Both the position numbers and the translations under genes were made by a program. Of a DNA stretch of 37,472 bases, positions 34,546 through 37,472 are shown piece after piece. The stretch is from Candidatus Krumholzibacteriia bacterium. GTDB lineage: Bacteria > Krumholzibacteriota > Krumholzibacteriia > WVZY01. Where the stretch lies: assembly GCA_036478295.1 (NCBI GenBank), contig JAZGDW010000068.1, positions 1-37,472 of the forward strand, in the 5' to 3' direction. The notes beneath the pieces are model-generated. The model was given only the letters and a program-made list of their open reading frames with translations, had not been told where the DNA came from and made no database searches. How positions within the stretch are numbered: position 1 is the first letter of the stretch; each line of letters starts with the position of its first letter.

Positions 34546-34574
34546 TTGACCTGCCCCGGGAAAGGTTTCATGAT
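34546..34574 (+). promoter_or_regulatory. Putative sigma70 promoter of lapAB
   Basis: TTGACC-N17-CATGAT, then SD GGAGG at 34591 and GTG at 34604. Confidence 0.55.
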
Positions 34575-34603
34575 TTGGGGCGAAAGTGAAGGAGGCGCCG
34601 GAC

Positions 34604-34930
34604 GTGTGGTTGATTCGTAGCGTGATAATCCTGGTCGGGGTGATCGCATTCTTGTGGATCGGTATGAACAACGCCGACCAGAGTGTGGATTTCTCGTTTT
34701 TTACCAAGACGTTCCCCCAGATGTCGTTGAACCTGTTGCTGCTCGCGGTTTTTGCGGCGGGCATGGTTTTCTCATTTCTCATCTTTATCTTCAGCGAATT
34801 CCAGTTGCGACACACGGTGGGCCTGAAACAACGGGAAATCTCCAAGCTCGAGAGAGAACTGGCCGCGCTGCGCAACCTGCCGTTGGAAGAAAGTGACAGC
34901 GGCGGCGAAGAGTCGACCGTGAACCTGTAG
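34604..34930 (+). CDS. lapA: LapA (DUF1049) family lipopolysaccharide assembly protein
   Basis: Two TM helices separated by NADQSVDFSFF, then a coiled coil (KQREISKLERELAALRNLP). Directly upstream of a LapB-like gene. Confidence 0.8.
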   Translation: MWLIRSVIILVGVIAFLWIGMNNADQSVDFSFFTKTFPQMSLNLLLLAVFAAGMVFSFLIFIFSEFQLRHTVGLKQREISKLERELAALRNLPLEESDSGGEESTVNL

Positions 34931-34951
34931 GACCCGCCGCGCGGAACGCTT

Positions 34952-36100
34952 ATGGACTTGCCCTTCTATTATTATCTCCTGGCGGTGGCCGCCGTCCTTA
35001 TCCTCGGAGTTTTTCTCTACGCCACCCGGGGCAGACGAACCCGCGCCTTGCCGCAGGATCCGTACATCCAGGCACTCAAACTCCTCGTCGACGGTGACAA
35101 GGATGCCGCGTTCGACCGATTGCAGGAATCAGTTAGGAGCGGGAACGGCCCAATCGACGCGTACATCAAGCTGGGCGCGTTGTTGCGGGACCGGGGTGAG
35201 CTAACGAAGGCCCTGCAGATCCACCAGAGTCTCACGGTGAAGACCGACCTGTCGAAGAACGAGAAGGTCGAAATATACATGAACCTCGCCGCCGATTACG
35301 CCAGCATGGGAAACCCGGAGAAGTCGATCAAGGTGCTCGAAGTTGCCGTTCGAGGATTGAAGAACGAGGGGAACGTTCTTCTCACGCTGGCGGGGCATCA
35401 TCATGCCGTCGGTGACTACGAGAAGGCCTACGAGGTTCTGAAGGAAGCCCGTAAGCTCGGCGGCATCGGTGAGCGCGAGGTGGCGCTTTTTCTGGTGTCG
35501 GCGGCGGAATCCCAGTTGGAGAAGGGCGAGCTCAAGGAGGCCCGAAAGCTCCTGCAGCGCGCTCTGAAACACGACCCGGAGTGTGCGTCCTGCCTGCTCA
35601 TGCTCGGCGATTTCGCGAAGGAAGCGAACCACCTGACCGAAGCGATCGAGCATTGGAAACGGGTGGCCGTGCTGTCGCCGCTGCTGGCCGGGTCGGTTCT
35701 CACCAAACTGGAAAGCACGTTGTTCGACGAGGGCCGCTTCGGTGAAATCGAGAAGATATACGACCAGGTTCGAGCCGCACGGGTAGAGGACGAGGCGGCC
35801 AACCTGTCGCTGGCCCGTTTCTACAAGAAACAGGGGCGGGGCGAAGACGCCATCGAGTTGCTGGAGAACTTCGTCGCGGTTTGTCCACAGTCGATACGAG
35901 GATCCCTCATGCTGACGTCGTTTTACTGCAGGTTTCGCGACCGAGAAACCCTCGATGGTTTCCTCGACAAGTCGATGAAAGAAGCGTCCAATTCGCAAGT
36001 CTTCGCCTGCAACCGGTGCGAGTTTCAATCGGCGATCATGCGCTGGCATTGTCCGAAGTGCAGCGCCTTCGACTCCTTCTCTTCCAATCATGAACCATAG
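34952..36100 (+). CDS. lapB: LapB (YciM)-like TPR protein with a rubredoxin-type C-terminus
   Basis: N-terminal TM, AYIKLGALLRDRGELTKALQIHQSL, TPRs, and FACNRCEF...WHCPKC. Confidence 0.88.
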   Translation: MDLPFYYYLLAVAAVLILGVFLYATRGRRTRALPQDPYIQALKLLVDGDKDAAFDRLQESVRSGNGPIDAYIKLGALLRDRGELTKALQIHQSLTVKTDLSKNEKVEIYMNLAADYASMGNPEKSIKVLEVAVRGLKNEGNVLLTLAGHHHAVGDYEKAYEVLKEARKLGGIGEREVALFLVSAAESQLEKGELKEARKLLQRALKHDPECASCLLMLGDFAKEANHLTEAIEHWKRVAVLSPLLAGSVLTKLESTLFDEGRFGEIEKIYDQVRAARVEDEAANLSLARFYKKQGRGEDAIELLENFVAVCPQSIRGSLMLTSFYCRFRDRETLDGFLDKSMKEASNSQVFACNRCEFQSAIMRWHCPKCSAFDSFSSNHEP

Positions 36101-37103
36101 AGCCATCGCAACGCTGGGTGTCCTGGGCGTTATTCTCGCGACAGGGCTCGCCAGCTCCGCGACGGCGGCAAGTATCCTGAGCGCGAAACGTGATATCGCG
36201 CGTCTCCGCTACGATCTCGCCGAGAGCAAACTGGTGGACATCGCCCGCACCGTGACGGGAGAGCGCAGGCAGGAGGCGCTGTATCTTCTCGCGGGTCTCA
36301 AGAGTTCTGTGTCGGAGGCGGAGATCATCTACCAGGAAGTCATTCGACTCGATCCCGCCAGCGAGCTGGCGGACGCGTCACAAGTCGAACTTGCAAAGAT
36401 ACAGTACGCCCTGGGCAACTACGGCAAGGCGTTCAGGATTCTCGAGTCGTCGCAGGCCTGCGGCAGTTCCGAGGAGGCGTGTTTTTTTCAAGGGATGTCG
36501 GCCGCGATGTCGAAGAGCTACCCGGACGCGAGGGCTTTTCTCCAGCGGGTACGGAGGGGAAAGTACCGCCCCTGGGCGTACCTGTCGCTGGCCGAGATCG
36601 AGATGAATTCGAACAACACTGACGAGGCGTGCCGCAAGTACCGTGCGATCGCCCGCACCGCCATCAGCCCCACCGCCATGTACCGCTACGCGGAATGCCT
36701 GGAGAAGCAAGGGAGGACACGCGACGCCAGGGAAGCGTTCGAGGAAGTGGTCGACGAGTTCAGAAACACCCCGGAAGCCCTGCTTGCCGCACAGAAGCTG
36801 GAGCTCATGAACGAGCGGCCGCAGCGGCGCGAGGCAGCGGCGACCAGCGAGGAACAGGACCCGCTGTCAGCGGGATACACGATACAGTTCGGTGCGTTTC
36901 ACGACCGGACCAACGCGATCAAGATGGCGGCCGCTCTCAAACGCGTGCTGCCGGGCGTGCGCATCGACCGCGGACTGCTGAACAACCGGGAAATACATCG
37001 CGTTCGCTATGGTTATTTCCAGACAAAAGAAGCCGCTGAAAAAAGAGCGGACCGCATTGCATCCAAAGTGGACGAAGAGTTGTCCATCATACCCCTTCCA
37101 TAA
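36090..37103 (+). CDS. Exported TPR protein with a C-terminal SPOR peptidoglycan-binding domain
   Basis: Signal peptide, TPR-like helices (AMYRYAECLEKQG...VVDEFRNT), and SPOR motif YTIQFGAF...NA...HRVRYGYFQTKEAA. Confidence 0.85.
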   Translation: MNHRAIATLGVLGVILATGLASSATAASILSAKRDIARLRYDLAESKLVDIARTVTGERRQEALYLLAGLKSSVSEAEIIYQEVIRLDPASELADASQVELAKIQYALGNYGKAFRILESSQACGSSEEACFFQGMSAAMSKSYPDARAFLQRVRRGKYRPWAYLSLAEIEMNSNNTDEACRKYRAIARTAISPTAMYRYAECLEKQGRTRDAREAFEEVVDEFRNTPEALLAAQKLELMNERPQRREAAATSEEQDPLSAGYTIQFGAFHDRTNAIKMAAALKRVLPGVRIDRGLLNNREIHRVRYGYFQTKEAAEKRADRIASKVDEELSIIPLP

Positions 37104-37105
37104 AT

Positions 37106-37472
37106 ATGGCCAATAATGCCTCGCCTCTCATGGCGCAGTACCGGGACATCAAGTCCAAGTACGCAGATTGCATCCTTTTCTTTCGTGTAGGTGATTTTTA
37201 CGAAACGTTCTACGAGGATGCGGTGGACGTCTCGCGAATTCTCAATATCGCACTGACTACCCGCGACAAGAACAAGCCGAACCCAGTGCCGCTGGCGGGC
37301 GTGCCCTTCCATTCGGTGGAGAACTACATCACACGGCTCCTTTCCGCCGGGCGCAGCGTGGCCATTTGCGATCTGGTCGAAGATGCCTCGCAGGCCAAGG
37401 GGCTCGTGCGCCGGGACGTGGTCGAGGTGCTGACCCCCGGAACTTCGTTGAGCGATAAACTTCTCGAATCGA
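37106..37472 (+). CDS. mutS: DNA mismatch repair protein MutS, N-terminal part (runs off the window; absent from the ORF track)
   Basis: Manual translation from ATG 37106: MANNASPLMAQYRDIKSKYADCILFFRVGDFYETFYEDA...PLAGVPFHS...VAICD...KGLVRRDVVEVLTPGT. Contains the F-x-E mismatch-binding motif. Confidence 0.96.
   Translation, partial: MANNASPLMAQYRDIKSKYADCILFFRVGDFYETFYEDAVDVSRILNIALTTRDKNKPNPVPLAGVPFHSVENYITRLLSAGRSVAICDLVEDASQAKGLVRRDVVEVLTPGTSLSDKLLES

Overview
GC-rich (roughly 60-65% by eye) bacterial chromosomal segment with 32 densely packed CDSs, all on + except rpsT. Most is core genome: secA-smg-topA-trmFO-xerC-hslV-hslU-argF, an Ig-like lipoprotein, dapF-dapA-dapB, a peptidase/propeller/Omp85 fusion, proS, rpsT(-), xerD-scpA-scpB-rluB-hisC-cmk/plsC-rpsA, then lapA-lapB, a TPR-SPOR gene and a partial mutS. 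The SecA insertions, the Big_5 lipoprotein, the FlgD-like C-terminal domain and the gene order suggest a diderm of the FCB-associated phyla, Gemmatimonadota/Latescibacterota/Krumholzibacteriota-like (inference). I saw no rRNA, tRNA, CRISPR, IS or prophage. The least explained part is the first 6 kb: a lytic transglycosylase, an NHL protein, a TPR + J-domain/TPR pair behind a sigma54-type promoter, and a membrane protein that appears to join a degenerate PP2C-like domain to a PQQ-type beta-propeller. Other oddities are a four-Cys insert in SecA, a tandem-repeat acidic tail on ribosomal protein S1, recurring AT-rich IHF/XerD-like motifs, and strong intergenic hairpins. All calls come from motif recognition by eye; no searches were run.
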